Shown here: positions 38,914 to 49,108 of the stretch, one piece after another
Layout of the letters: the number at the start of each line of letters is the position of its first letter
How positions within the stretch are numbered: the first letter of the stretch is position 1
Source of the DNA: Promethearchaeota archaeon
GTDB lineage: Archaea; Asgardarchaeota; Lokiarchaeia; Sigyniarchaeales; SOKP01
NCBI GenBank assembly: GCA_019058365.1
Contig: JAHPZE010000004.1
Span: forward strand, 1-64,000
Direction: 5' to 3'
DNA: 64,000 nt
Position numbers and translations under genes: made by a program
The notes under the pieces: generated by a model
What the model was told of the DNA's origin: nothing
Databases searched by the model: none
What the model saw: only the letters and a program-made list of their open reading frames with translations

Positions 38914-39800
38914 TTTGTTGGATCTCTTCCAATTATACAAATTTCAAACATATAATGTATTATTATCTTTAACCAATACATATAGTAATCATCATTTAAA
39001 TGACTTTGACCAAGCAAATTTAGTATATTTCTGATTAAAGTATCGAAATTTGGATTCTTGATATATTTTTCGTATGTACTTTGAAATTTGGATTTTAGAA
39101 CTCTTTGGTCATTACTATTTAGTTTTTCGAAATAATCTTTAAAAATATAGATACTATTGAAATACTCTTGTTTAAAATACTTAGTTTTTGCTTCCCAATA
39201 AGTTTCCTCAAAATTTTCTTTTATCTTATCCATTAATTTAGGAGGTATTTGATTAAAATCATCATTTGAAATATTTATTTTAAATGAAATAATATCACTA
39301 ATAATTATATCAAGAACGTTATAATCAACAAATTTACTATCTATATCTAAGTATTTCGTTAATTTTATAATTTGTGAATAATCAAAAGTCTCAAATATCA
39401 AATCTTTAATTTTTTTGATATCATATATTTCTCTAGGATGCGCCAGATTAGTTAAGAATTGAAATGCTTCACCTGTTATTTTTCTATTACAAACTGGTAC
39501 CCATTGTATTTCATGAGATCCCCATTTTTTTTTAAATGTATTATAATCATCTGTAAATTTTGTTTTAAAAAGAGATAAGTTATATTTAGTACTTTCAGGA
39601 GCATATACAGCATAAATTTTCTCTACTGAACCATCATTTCTTTTTAAAATACAATCAGCTCCTAAATCGGAACTATCAGCTAATGTTTGTATTAAATTTC
39701 CATATTTTTGTTTAAGAACAAACTGGAATAAATGTTGAAAATCAGTCCCAAATTTTCCAATAATTTTTGCATCAATAACAGCTTTTAGAGTATTATTCAT
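38910..39800 (-). CDS. ABC-3C/Lamassu effector (LmuA-like): restriction-endonuclease-like N-domain plus C-terminal domain
   Basis: G.DFQHLF...DLGAD...YAVYAPE nuclease-like motif; C-terminal HYMFEIC.I; first gene of the three-gene operon. Confidence 0.72.
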   Translation of the reverse strand: MNNTLKAVIDAKIIGKFGTDFQHLFQFVLKQKYGNLIQTLADSSDLGADCILKRNDGSVEKIYAVYAPESTKYNLSLFKTKFTDDYNTFKKKWGSHEIQWVPVCNRKITGEAFQFLTNLAHPREIYDIKKIKDLIFETFDYSQIIKLTKYLDIDSKFVDYNVLDIIISDIISFKINISNDDFNQIPPKLMDKIKENFEETYWEAKTKYFKQEYFNSIYIFKDYFEKLNSNDQRVLKSKFQSTYEKYIKNPNFDTLIRNILNLLGQSHLNDDYYMYWLKIIIHYMFEICIIGRDPTK

Positions 39801-40235
39801 CTTTTCTTATTTTATGTTTAATCACTAGTAATTTTCTATTATGGAGAAGAGCTTTATTTATCTTTACGAGTCTTTAGAGTAATAAATCTAACGCTTTCAA
39901 TTTTTATATATTTTTGACTTTTATGAATACTAATGATAAATTTATATCTACAACTTTATATAAAATTTGTTTACTAATGAGAAATTAAATAATCAAATTT
40001 TATGGATTTCAGGAATTTATAGTAAATTATAATTATTCAATCATTCTTGAATGAATTGAATAATGTTTTTTCAATATTCAAATAATTTATCCAAAAATAA
40101 CTTTTCTAAGATAAATTTAAATACATGCAAAATTTGCCTTCAAACCAACTTTAAAAATTCAGAAAGCATATAGACCAATAATTCTATCTATAACATTATA
40201 ACCATTTTTTCTTACAGAAATTTAAATTTTAAGAT

Positions 40236-40268
40236 TTTTTTCCCAGCTAGTTTTATTAAAAATCCCAT
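40236..40268 (-). pseudogene. Orphaned copy of the sua5 5' end (MGFLIKLAGKK)
   Basis: 28/33 nt identical to 34596..34628 (MGFLVKLAGKK); similarity is then lost and a stop follows. Confidence 0.8.
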
Positions 40269-40328
40269 GTGAGTCCTTTAAAAATTTAAAACTTATACTA
40301 ACAAAGTAGATAATAAAAAATATAAAGA

Positions 40329-41270
40329 TTATTTTGGATATTGTTCTTGACAACTTAAATCAGCTTCTAACCGTTTCCAAGTATGATCTAAATATTCTTG
40401 GAGTTCTATTAAATCTTTTTCTGAAATATTTGCAAATCTTTTTTGCTTAGAAAGATAATCTATTAGTGGAGTTCTCTTAGAAGGATCCAGTAATGGCCTA
40501 CTTGCTTTTGATAATGTCATGATTCCATTTTCTACTTCATATAAAATCCATGAACCAGTTTTTACAGCTAGTCGAGCAATTTCTATAGTCTCTTCAGAAT
40601 TAAATCCCCATCCAGTACAACAAGGAGCCATAATATGGATATATCTACAGCCTTTAATCGATTTAGCTTTTTGAAATTTATCATATAAATCAAGTGGTTC
40701 GCTTATAGAACAAGTAGCTACATAAGGCATATCATGAGCTGCCATAATTGCGGGAAGATTCTTTTTGAACCTATCCTTTCCTTTGGTGGTTGTACTTGTC
40801 CATGCACCATGTGGTGTACTTGAAGATCTTTGAATGCCTGTGTTCATATATGCTTCATTGTCGTAACATACATAAATTTGATCTGAATTTCTTTCTGCTG
40901 CTCCACTCAGACCTTGAATTCCTATATCTGCAGTACCACCATCTCCCGCAAATGTAATTGTCGTTATTTCATCCCAAATTTTACCGGGGAATCTATAAGC
41001 TTTCGCTTTAAAGGCAGCAGACATACCTGTTGCTGCTGCTGCTCCCGCTGCAAAAGCCATATTAGTAAATGGAAAATTTGGTGCAGTTTTAGGCCACAAT
41101 CCTACAACTACATTTAAGCAGGAAGCAGGAGTTACAAGAGCCGTATTGGGTCCTAATGCCTTAATTGCCCATCTAAGTGCGATTTCTAGACCACATCCCG
41201 CACAACAAGAATTGCCTGGAAGGAAATATTCTTCTTGGCAAGATTGTAAAGCTTCTTTTAGTTTAACCAT
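40329..41270 (-). CDS. porB: Pyruvate/2-oxoacid:ferredoxin oxidoreductase beta subunit
   Basis: CAGCG, GDGGTADIG, YDNEAYMNTG.QRS, PCCTGW; likely start MVKLKE at 41270. Confidence 0.93.
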   Translation of the reverse strand: MVKLKEALQSCQEEYFLPGNSCCAGCGLEIALRWAIKALGPNTALVTPASCLNVVVGLWPKTAPNFPFTNMAFAAGAAAATGMSAAFKAKAYRFPGKIWDEITTITFAGDGGTADIGIQGLSGAAERNSDQIYVCYDNEAYMNTGIQRSSSTPHGAWTSTTTKGKDRFKKNLPAIMAAHDMPYVATCSISEPLDLYDKFQKAKSIKGCRYIHIMAPCCTGWGFNSEETIEIARLAVKTGSWILYEVENGIMTLSKASRPLLDPSKRTPLIDYLSKQKRFANISEKDLIELQEYLDHTWKRLEADLSCQEQYPK

Positions 41271-41274
41271 TCCT

Positions 41275-42531
41275 TTATTCAACCTCCAATAAGCCATCCC
41301 AGAGAGTTCCATGTATCATATCTTTTGGAAGTTCTCCAGTTTCATTATATTTAACTAACTTTATTAATTGGTTTTTCTGTTGTTCAAGTGAAACTTCTCT
41401 TCCTCCCAATCCATTAATTATTGGTAATACTGTTGCAGTTCCTTTCGTTTCATGTAGAGCAGCTTTCACTTCACAACTTACAGGACCTCCAGTTTGGCAT
41501 CCAAACGCTGTAGCTCTATCTATCACTCCTAGTACTTTCACCTTTTTTGCAGCTTCAATAATATCTTCAGTTGGAAAAGGTCTAAAATGACGAAGCTTTA
41601 CCATCCCAACTTTATAACCCTCATCTCTCAAATCATCTACAGCTTGTTCCATTTGTAAAGCCAAATCTCCATATATAATTACTCCTATATCAGCATTATT
41701 CATCTTATATTCTTGAATTAATCCATTACCATAATTTCTTCCAAAAATTTTCTCAAATTCTTTAGCAACATTTTTAATTTTCTCTTTAGCTCTAATATTT
41801 GCATCATGAATTTTTAGTCTAAATTCGTAATAAAAACTGGAGGGCATGATAAGATTGCCAAACATCATTGGTCTTTTTGGATCCATCCAGATATGTGGCC
41901 AACCCTCTTCACTTGGTAACGGTGGTAAGAATTTATCTACAAGATCTTGATCTTCAAGAATAACTGGTTTTGATGTATGTGATAGAATAAACCCTCCATA
42001 AGATACAAACTTTGGTAAAAGAATATCGTAATCTTCACAAACCTTATATGACATTAAAATTTCATCATATATTTCTTGATGTTCTGCACAAAAACAACTC
42101 ATCCATCCTGTATCACGCTGACTTATTACATCGGTAAAATCAGCCCAAATATTCCATGGTGGAGCGGGACCACGAGATGCTATAGCAACTACAATGGGAA
42201 GTCTAGCTCCAGCAGCCCAATGAATCATTTCATGGGCATAAAATATTCCTTGGCCCGATGTTGCTGTAAAGGTTCTAGTTCCCGCTTTGCTTGCACCAAC
42301 TACAGCAGCGAAAACACTATGTTCTGACTCCATTTTTATATATTGAGTTCCTGGCATTAACCCATTATCTACAAATTCAGATAATTTTTCAACTACTGTA
42401 GTTTGCGGAGTTATAGGATAAGCGCTAATTACTTGAACTCGTGCTGATTTTGCAGCATACGCAGCAGCTACATTTCCTTTTATAATGATAGTTTCTCTCT
42501 TTTGGACAAAATCTTTCTGAGCTTCAGTCAT
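41275..42531 (-). CDS. porA: Pyruvate/2-oxoacid:ferredoxin oxidoreductase alpha subunit
   Basis: AYPITPQT, ESEHS, TATSGQG, RPFP, GLGGRE. Confidence 0.94.
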   Translation of the reverse strand: MTEAQKDFVQKRETIIIKGNVAAAYAAKSARVQVISAYPITPQTTVVEKLSEFVDNGLMPGTQYIKMESEHSVFAAVVGASKAGTRTFTATSGQGIFYAHEMIHWAAGARLPIVVAIASRGPAPPWNIWADFTDVISQRDTGWMSCFCAEHQEIYDEILMSYKVCEDYDILLPKFVSYGGFILSHTSKPVILEDQDLVDKFLPPLPSEEGWPHIWMDPKRPMMFGNLIMPSSFYYEFRLKIHDANIRAKEKIKNVAKEFEKIFGRNYGNGLIQEYKMNNADIGVIIYGDLALQMEQAVDDLRDEGYKVGMVKLRHFRPFPTEDIIEAAKKVKVLGVIDRATAFGCQTGGPVSCEVKAALHETKGTATVLPIINGLGGREVSLEQQKNQLIKLVKYNETGELPKDMIHGTLWDGLLEVE

Positions 42532-42871
42532 CTTTTATATCACTCTCTCTGATCATTTCTATATTTTTTGTTGGGCATTCTTTAGCACATATACCACAAC
42601 CTTTACAGTAACGCAAATCAATTTCAAATGAACCGTCTTCTTTCCTTTTAATTACACCCTCTGGGCAATACATCCAGCATATTCCGCATTTATTACAACC
42701 TTCTTTAATAACTGGTCTAAAAGTTCTCCAATCACCAGTTGTACCTATATTTCCATCTATTGGTAATGAAATTGGAATTGGGGATAATTCTTTCCAATTT
42801 TTATATTCTTGGACCTTAGGCCGTTCTTTTACTGATTTATTAATTTTCTTCCATTTTTCAGATTCTGACAT
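42524..42871 (-). CDS. porD: Pyruvate/2-oxoacid:ferredoxin oxidoreductase delta subunit
   Basis: TGDWRTFRP, CNKCGICWMYCP and YCKGCGICAKECP ferredoxin motifs. Confidence 0.93.
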   Translation of the reverse strand: MSESEKWKKINKSVKERPKVQEYKNWKELSPIPISLPIDGNIGTTGDWRTFRPVIKEGCNKCGICWMYCPEGVIKRKEDGSFEIDLRYCKGCGICAKECPTKNIEMIRESDIKDD

Positions 42872-42873
42872 AT

Positions 42874-43461
42874 TTACATCTCTCTTACTGATTCGTAAGC
42901 GTCTTTTGCAACACTCATATTTTTTTCTGATCTACTTTCTCCAAACTCCTTTTTAATTACTTTTTCCATTGTTTCAAGATTATAATACCCAGTAATCTTT
43001 CCAAAAGCCCCTAACATAGGAATATTTAGAATTGGGCCACTAGCATGCATGAAACTATGTTTAATACAAATACCTGTAGCATCTACTATAAAAATCCTTA
43101 GATTATTAGGGAGATTACTTATATCTATAGGATCTGGACTGTTAATTATTAAATTTACTCCTTCCTTTATACTCGCTTTTATCTTTGGTATCTCTAATAA
43201 TGATGTATCGAACATGAATATATAATCTGGATTTACTACACTGTCATATGTTTTAATTGACTTACTTTTAGAAATTTTTGTAAATGCCTGTATTGGAGCA
43301 CCCCTTCGCTCTGCTCCTATTATTGGAATTGCGATAGTATCTTTAAAACCCTCCTCAAATGCCATTTCGGCTAACAACTGACTTGCGGTTATACAAGTCT
43401 GACCACCTCTACAATGCATTGATATTTCTACAATTTTTTCTTTGTCTGACAATTCATTCAA
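42874..43461 (-). CDS. porG: Pyruvate/2-oxoacid:ferredoxin oxidoreductase gamma subunit
   Basis: HCRGGQ, GAERRGAP, VDATGI, NIPMLGAF. Confidence 0.93.
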   Translation of the reverse strand: MNELSDKEKIVEISMHCRGGQTCITASQLLAEMAFEEGFKDTIAIPIIGAERRGAPIQAFTKISKSKSIKTYDSVVNPDYIFMFDTSLLEIPKIKASIKEGVNLIINSPDPIDISNLPNNLRIFIVDATGICIKHSFMHASGPILNIPMLGAFGKITGYYNLETMEKVIKKEFGESRSEKNMSVAKDAYESVREM

Positions 43462-43692
43462 CTGACTTTTATATTTCTATTGAGTGCAATATGTCCAATA
43501 AAGGCACAATGAATAAAAGTTCTATTGATTTTACTTATATAACTGCAATATGAAACAATAATATAGAATTTATAATTATAATTGTTATAATTATTAATTT
43601 ATTTTGAAAAAGGTACCTTCGGATATCGATCTTACGAAGCAATGTAAAATATTCATCCAAATTTAAAAAAATTTAATCAAAGAAATCAATAT

Positions 43693-44262
43693 ATGAGTAA
43701 TAAGAAAAGAAGCAACGAGATTATATATTCCTTCAAGTGTCCTTCATGCCAAGAAGGCTTAATCGATATAGTTAAGAGTATTTATAATCTTCCTGATGGC
43801 GACAAAATGCTTATATTAAAATTTGAATGTAATACATGCAATTTTCATAAAAATGATGTTATCCCTCTAACCACGAATATTGAACCTGGAATTATAACTT
43901 TACAAATTTTAGACGAAAATGACCTTAAATCTAAGATTTACCGTTCACCAGCAGGTAAATTGGAGATTCCTGAACTAGAATTAATAGTAGAACCAGGTCC
44001 AAGAGCTGATTTCTATTATACTAACATACAAGGGATCTTATTCAGATTTGAAAATGCAGTTTCAATTTATAGAAATAATCTTGAAGAAAACGATCCAGAA
44101 AGAAGCAAAATTGACGCACTTATGTTTAATTTAAGACAAGCTATAGATGGGAAATTCAAGTTTACTTTAAAAATCACCGACCTACAAGGGGGAAGTTATA
44201 TTATTCCCCAAGATAAATCAAAATACAGTTTTGAAAAAATTGAGAAAAAAGATTTAGAATAA
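43693..44262 (+). CDS. ZPR1-like zinc finger protein
   Basis: CPSC...CNTC, IPELELIVEPGP, TNIQGIL, FTLKITD..GGSYI. Confidence 0.9.
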   Translation: MSNKKRSNEIIYSFKCPSCQEGLIDIVKSIYNLPDGDKMLILKFECNTCNFHKNDVIPLTTNIEPGIITLQILDENDLKSKIYRSPAGKLEIPELELIVEPGPRADFYYTNIQGILFRFENAVSIYRNNLEENDPERSKIDALMFNLRQAIDGKFKFTLKITDLQGGSYIIPQDKSKYSFEKIEKKDLE

Positions 44263-44339
44263 ATCTAAAATATGAAATATTCATAATTTTTTATTATAAT
44301 TATTTTTATAACCTCATGTAATTAGAAGTGTGAAACAAA

Positions 44340-45494
44340 ATGGGAACTCAAATTAAAAAAGTCGGAATTTTAACTGGAGGAGGAGATTGTCCTGGTTTAA
44401 ATTCTGTAATCTATGGAATAATGTTAAAAGCATATGATGCGGGTATTGAGTGTGTGGGAATTCTTAAAGGGTGGAAAGGATTTTTAGAAAACACAACAAT
44501 TCCGCTTGATATTGCAGAACATGATGATTTACATACTGTTGGTGGAACCATCCTATACACAAGCAGGACTAATCCATTTAAAGGAGTAAGTTCAAAAGAA
44601 GAAAGAGCGAAAGAATTAGCTAAAAAATTCGAAGAATTAGGAATTGATGCTTTAATTGCAATAGGAGGAGATGACACATTAGGTGTTGCAGATAAAATGT
44701 ATAAATTCGGTAATGCTAGAGTAGTTGGGTGTCCAAAAACTATAGATAATGATATAGCAGGAACTCATTATACGTTCGGATTTTGGAGTGCTGTACAATT
44801 GGCTTCAAACACCTTGGATAATTTAACAACGACAGCACATTCACATCAAAGAGTATTTGTAGTTGAAATAATGGGAAGAGATGCGGGTTTTTTAACAATG
44901 TATAGCGGAATTTCCGCGGGAGCAGATATTATATTAATCCCAGAAACCCCTTTTGATTTAGAGAATGATATAGTTGATGTATTAAAGAAAAGAGTTAATT
45001 CAGGTTATAAACATCATATAATTGTTATATCAGAGGGAGCCTATCCTCATTCAGATTCATTAAAACGAGATTTTAAGACAATATCAGAAGGAACAATAGA
45101 TAAATTGCCAAAAGATACATTTGGTAATCCCTTATTATCTCAATTAAACATATCGCATATTATTGTGAAGGAACTAGATTTAAGAGATGATCTAAAAGAA
45201 GAGTTTCAAAAAAATGGAGTAGATTTTGAATGTAGAAGCGTTGTTCTGGGTCATACTATGCGTGCTGGAACACCTAATTCATTTGATAGGATATTAGGAT
45301 TAAGATTTGGTTTAGCAGCAATGAAACTTGTTTTGGAAGGTAAATTTGGAAATATGGTTTCACTCCAAGGAAATAAAATAACAACAGTTCCTTTATCAGA
45401 AGGAGTTAAAAAGAAATATATTACTCCTGAGAATGATAAAATGGAATTACGTGACTTACTTGTAAAAATTCGATATCTATCAAAACAAAAATGA
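44340..45494 (+). CDS. pfk: 6-phosphofructokinase (PfkA family, PPi-type signature)
   Basis: TGGGDCPGLN, GGTILYTSR, IGGDDT, PKTIDND, EIMGR, LGHTMRAG. Confidence 0.93.
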   Translation: MGTQIKKVGILTGGGDCPGLNSVIYGIMLKAYDAGIECVGILKGWKGFLENTTIPLDIAEHDDLHTVGGTILYTSRTNPFKGVSSKEERAKELAKKFEELGIDALIAIGGDDTLGVADKMYKFGNARVVGCPKTIDNDIAGTHYTFGFWSAVQLASNTLDNLTTTAHSHQRVFVVEIMGRDAGFLTMYSGISAGADIILIPETPFDLENDIVDVLKKRVNSGYKHHIIVISEGAYPHSDSLKRDFKTISEGTIDKLPKDTFGNPLLSQLNISHIIVKELDLRDDLKEEFQKNGVDFECRSVVLGHTMRAGTPNSFDRILGLRFGLAAMKLVLEGKFGNMVSLQGNKITTVPLSEGVKKKYITPENDKMELRDLLVKIRYLSKQK

Positions 45495-45609
45495 TGTGAA
45501 TAAAACCACATTTATTCAGCATTAATAATTTTTCTTTTAGTCCTTTTTTGACTCAATCTTTACTTTACATCAGTAATCATATTCATATTTAAATTCAGGA
45601 TTCATAGTA

Positions 45610-45745
45610 TTATCCATAATGCTTCTGTTCTTCTTGTTCTTCATCAATAGTCTCATTTGAAATCTCTTCCAAACCACTTATCGCTAAGGAATTCTTTGTA
45701 CCAATTATGTTAAATAATTAAGGACATTATTTCAATGGTTTCAGT
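45610..45745 (-). pseudogene. Decayed duplicate of the acyl-CoA dehydrogenase 3' end
   Basis: TETIEIMSLII*HNWYKEFLSDKWFGRD / ETIDEEQEEQKHYG* versus [45 protein letters not shown] at 51479..51616; one nonsense codon and one frameshift. Confidence 0.88.
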
Positions 45746-45947
45746 AAAAAAAAACAAGCCAAATAAATAATCTGATGATGTTCAAAATTACATTATTTTT
45801 TTCTCAATTAGAAAGATTAATTATTCTTTAGTTAGATAGAATATTAATTTTTAAAAAAAAGAATCTAATCAGTTTTCAATCCTAATTTAGATCTCTCTTT
45901 AAAGTATCATAATAAAAATGTTTAGTTAGCCGAGGGGAAACTTAGAA

Positions 45948-47615
45948 TCAGCGTCTGCCAGGAGGACCTCCACCACCTCCACCCACCGAACCTACCGTCG
46001 TTACCATACTCGTTATCGTAAAGGTATAGGCTTTTGTTCCTGGCGAATATATTCCTCCACTATATAATGAATCTTTAACTGTTCCTGTTGAGCTACCACC
46101 TGTATATATATAATAAGTGGTACCCAATTCGAACTCTGAAGAGCAAACTGCAATGGATTGATATTTCTTTGTAGGTGCAAATGTCACAATTTCATTTCCT
46201 TCTACATCTTGAATATTCACGAGAGTTCCTACAGATAGAGTGCTTGTAAATCCGACCAGCACAGAATATTGTGTTGAGGTGATACTCGGTGCCTGTGCCA
46301 TTCCTGAGCTTCCTACAGCGACTAAGAATCCTCCTGTCATAAGGAATGATCCATCATAATCTAATGGTCCATTGTAATCCATAGTTGGTCCATTTATTAG
46401 AAGTGTCCCCGCACTCATAGAGACACCCCCATTAATATCAATTCCATCCCCTATAGAATCAATCGATATATATCCTCCTGTAATGGTAAGAGAACTTCCT
46501 CCCTTAGTAGAACTTACAGCATTTATTCCATCATCACTGGAATCTATGTGGATCGATCCTCCAGTTATTGATATTTCTTTACTCTCAAGACCTTCATAGC
46601 ATTCTACAATATTGATATCTCCACCGTTGATTTCCAATGATGTTTCAGCATGAATGCCGTCATCATCGGTATATATAGTAATATCCCCTCCATTTATGGA
46701 AATTTTATTATCTGAATGGATTGCATCATCCTTCGAATAGACCATAATACTCCCGCTTTCTATAGTTATATCTTCTGTAGATTTAATTCCTTTCCCCTCC
46801 CCTGCGTCCACATCTATTGAAATTGTACTATTTATAATAAGAACTAATGTTTCTGCTTGTATGCCATCATCTTGTGAAGTGATGTCTATTATGCTTGATC
46901 CTATAGCGATATATCCTTTATCTGGATCCCCTTCATAATCCGATTGTAATCCATCGTTTCCTGCTATAATCTCAATATCTGCATCGATGATGGTTAGAGA
47001 GTCTTTTCCTTTTAGTGCATCATTTTGTGAGTTTATTTGGAGTGTTCCTTTCTTTATGCAAAGATCGTCATCACTTTGAATCCCATTATTATAGTTTGCA
47101 TTAATAATTAAATTCCCAGTCCCTGTAATATTGAGATCATCATTGCTGAAAATCGCGGCTTTGGGTTCATCTTCATCTTGGATTTCAAAAATATATGTTT
47201 CTGCATCAGTCAAAACATTTGTTGTCCCTGAGGCTAAAATTATTTCAACATCATCAGCATTTCTAATGAAGATTGGGGCACTACTTAAAGATGTAATGGA
47301 TGTTCCGTTAAGAATTAATTTAACTACACCCTTCTCGTCTGTGTCTACAATTATTTGACCATCATCTAATGATCCTTTTATAACATAAGTACTAGCGGAC
47401 CAAATTGTCATCTTATTCTTTTCAATAGTAGCTCCTCCTCCATCCAATAATATATCTGTATTGTTAAAAGTAACATAAGATATAATTGAATTATCCCAAG
47501 TAGGAGTAATATCTCCCGTTTCTTCCGTTGTATTGTGGTCGCTAAAAACAGCTCCACTTAAAAGCACAAACAAAAGGATTGAAGCTAAAATTAAAGGGGC
47601 TCCTATCTTTTTCAT
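45948..47615 (-). CDS. Secreted carbohydrate-binding-domain / beta-helix protein (DUF4353-like)
   Basis: Signal peptide; GSLDDGQIIV, LILNG, AAIFS.DDL.ITGTG; repeated DDGI/DDAI..I.I.GG turns; GDGID.NG, LDYDG. Confidence 0.75.
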   Translation of the reverse strand: MKKIGAPLILASILLFVLLSGAVFSDHNTTEETGDITPTWDNSIISYVTFNNTDILLDGGGATIEKNKMTIWSASTYVIKGSLDDGQIIVDTDEKGVVKLILNGTSITSLSSAPIFIRNADDVEIILASGTTNVLTDAETYIFEIQDEDEPKAAIFSNDDLNITGTGNLIINANYNNGIQSDDDLCIKKGTLQINSQNDALKGKDSLTIIDADIEIIAGNDGLQSDYEGDPDKGYIAIGSSIIDITSQDDGIQAETLVLIINSTISIDVDAGEGKGIKSTEDITIESGSIMVYSKDDAIHSDNKISINGGDITIYTDDDGIHAETSLEINGGDINIVECYEGLESKEISITGGSIHIDSSDDGINAVSSTKGGSSLTITGGYISIDSIGDGIDINGGVSMSAGTLLINGPTMDYNGPLDYDGSFLMTGGFLVAVGSSGMAQAPSITSTQYSVLVGFTSTLSVGTLVNIQDVEGNEIVTFAPTKKYQSIAVCSSEFELGTTYYIYTGGSSTGTVKDSLYSGGIYSPGTKAYTFTITSMVTTVGSVGGGGGGPPGRR

Positions 47616-48277
47616 GATGCATAATCTCCATTATAGCTAACAAGTGCAGCATCTTTTACGCCTGGAATCTTAAGAAGGTGATCTACAGAATCAGTATGGT
47701 CCCTTTTCATACTGACTTCAAGCATTATTTCAATCCCCGATGCATTTACCGTTCTTGATCTGAGTTTATGCCGAGGAAGAACACTTTTTACTTTCTCGTC
47801 TACTTCTTTTTCATAATGAACTACAAGTAAATAAGGTTCCCTTCCAAGAACATCCATTTTACACATTACATATACAATTGCTCCAATAATGGGTGTTGCA
47901 ACCAGAGCTACTATATAAAGTGCTGCACCACAGGTTATTCCTACGGCAATTGCCCAGAATGTAAAAATAACGTCTGTAGGATCCTTAATCGCAGCTCGAA
48001 ATCTGACAATACTCAAAGCACCTACCATTCCTAATGATAAGGAAATACTGCTACTTATTGGGATAATAATCATTGCAGTTATAAGCGATGTCAGAACTAG
48101 CCCGACATTGAAATTTTTATTATATAATACACCCTTAAAGGTATTCTTATAGATGTAGTAAATAAACAATGATATCACAAATGTAAAAAACATTGAAAAG
48201 ATTATTCTCTCCACAGTAATATCTTGAAATGTGTTGGAAGTGTTAAATAAAGCATCAATCAGTTCTTCAATACTCAT
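47612..48277 (-). CDS. DUF4956-family membrane protein
   Basis: LSLGMVGALSIVRFRAAIKDP, FWAIAVG; usual partner of VTC-domain genes. Confidence 0.88.
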   Translation of the reverse strand: MSIEELIDALFNTSNTFQDITVERIIFSMFFTFVISLFIYYIYKNTFKGVLYNKNFNVGLVLTSLITAMIIIPISSSISLSLGMVGALSIVRFRAAIKDPTDVIFTFWAIAVGITCGAALYIVALVATPIIGAIVYVMCKMDVLGREPYLLVVHYEKEVDEKVKSVLPRHKLRSRTVNASGIEIMLEVSMKRDHTDSVDHLLKIPGVKDAALVSYNGDYAS

Positions 48278-48388
48278 TTTTTTATCACTTATTTTTCATT
48301 TTTCTAATTTTAAATTTTTGAGTTTAATTTTTTCTTTTTTATAATTTTTTTTACATCTTACTAAATTTACACAATATTTTGGAGGTTT

Positions 48389-49105
48389 TTATTGATCCTC
48401 CCAACTATTAAACGTGGAAAAACGTTTACAATTCACAAACTTACTTATCGATGATTGGGGCGAGATAATACATGAAATAAGTCCATGAATTACTTGGGGT
48501 AGTACACTATCATATTTAACTTCCAAGATAACAGGATAATCGGAGATTCCCATCATAAAACTCTCTTTATTAAATAAGTCTGTTGCATTGAGGCCCGTAT
48601 GTAGACCTATATCAAAAGATATCCTTACATTTCCAACAGGATAGACGTAGACCTCTCGATAATAGTCTGTAATTACATTAGGTTTGAGTAAATTACGCTT
48701 GCATTCTAAATAGAATGCTCTTAAAACCTTATGTTGTGACTCTGCTAAAAAATCTATATCACCCTGAAGAATCCGATCTACATCCCTCCGATTTAGAGAC
48801 ACAGATTCTTTGCCAATTAGATTATCTATTTTGGATTTTTTTTCAAGCTTGATACATTCTTGATTATGATTATATATTCTCAAACGATATTTCTTTCGGC
48901 AATAAACTCCGGCTAATTTATCAGAAAGTGCTCCATTTCGACAGTCATCAAAATAAAGACTCCGTACATGATAAAGTCCATCTAAACCACAATGAGGATC
49001 AAGATTAAGAACTTCTTTTAACCTACTCTTTAAGAGTCGATACTCCATATAGTTTATCATATATTTCAACTCATGTCGTAAATTTAAAGATCCACGTTTA
49101 ATCAT
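48389..49105 (-). CDS. VTC-domain (polyphosphate polymerase-like, CYTH fold) protein
   Basis: RHELKY, Y.VRSLYFD, RKKYRLRIY, KLEKK.K, Y.RE.Y, VRISFD, ILEVKY, SKF. Confidence 0.9.
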   Translation of the reverse strand: MIKRGSLNLRHELKYMINYMEYRLLKSRLKEVLNLDPHCGLDGLYHVRSLYFDDCRNGALSDKLAGVYCRKKYRLRIYNHNQECIKLEKKSKIDNLIGKESVSLNRRDVDRILQGDIDFLAESQHKVLRAFYLECKRNLLKPNVITDYYREVYVYPVGNVRISFDIGLHTGLNATDLFNKESFMMGISDYPVILEVKYDSVLPQVIHGLISCIISPQSSISKFVNCKRFSTFNSWEDQ

Positions 49106-49108
49106 TCT

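Larger units (their letters stand above)
34629..40235. mobile_element. Accessory/defence island inserted at the sua5 5' end (no integrase retained)
   Basis: Bounded by a diverged 33-nt direct repeat of the first 11 sua5 codons (34596..34628 and 40236..40268); very AT-rich cargo of defence-type genes. Confidence 0.75.
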
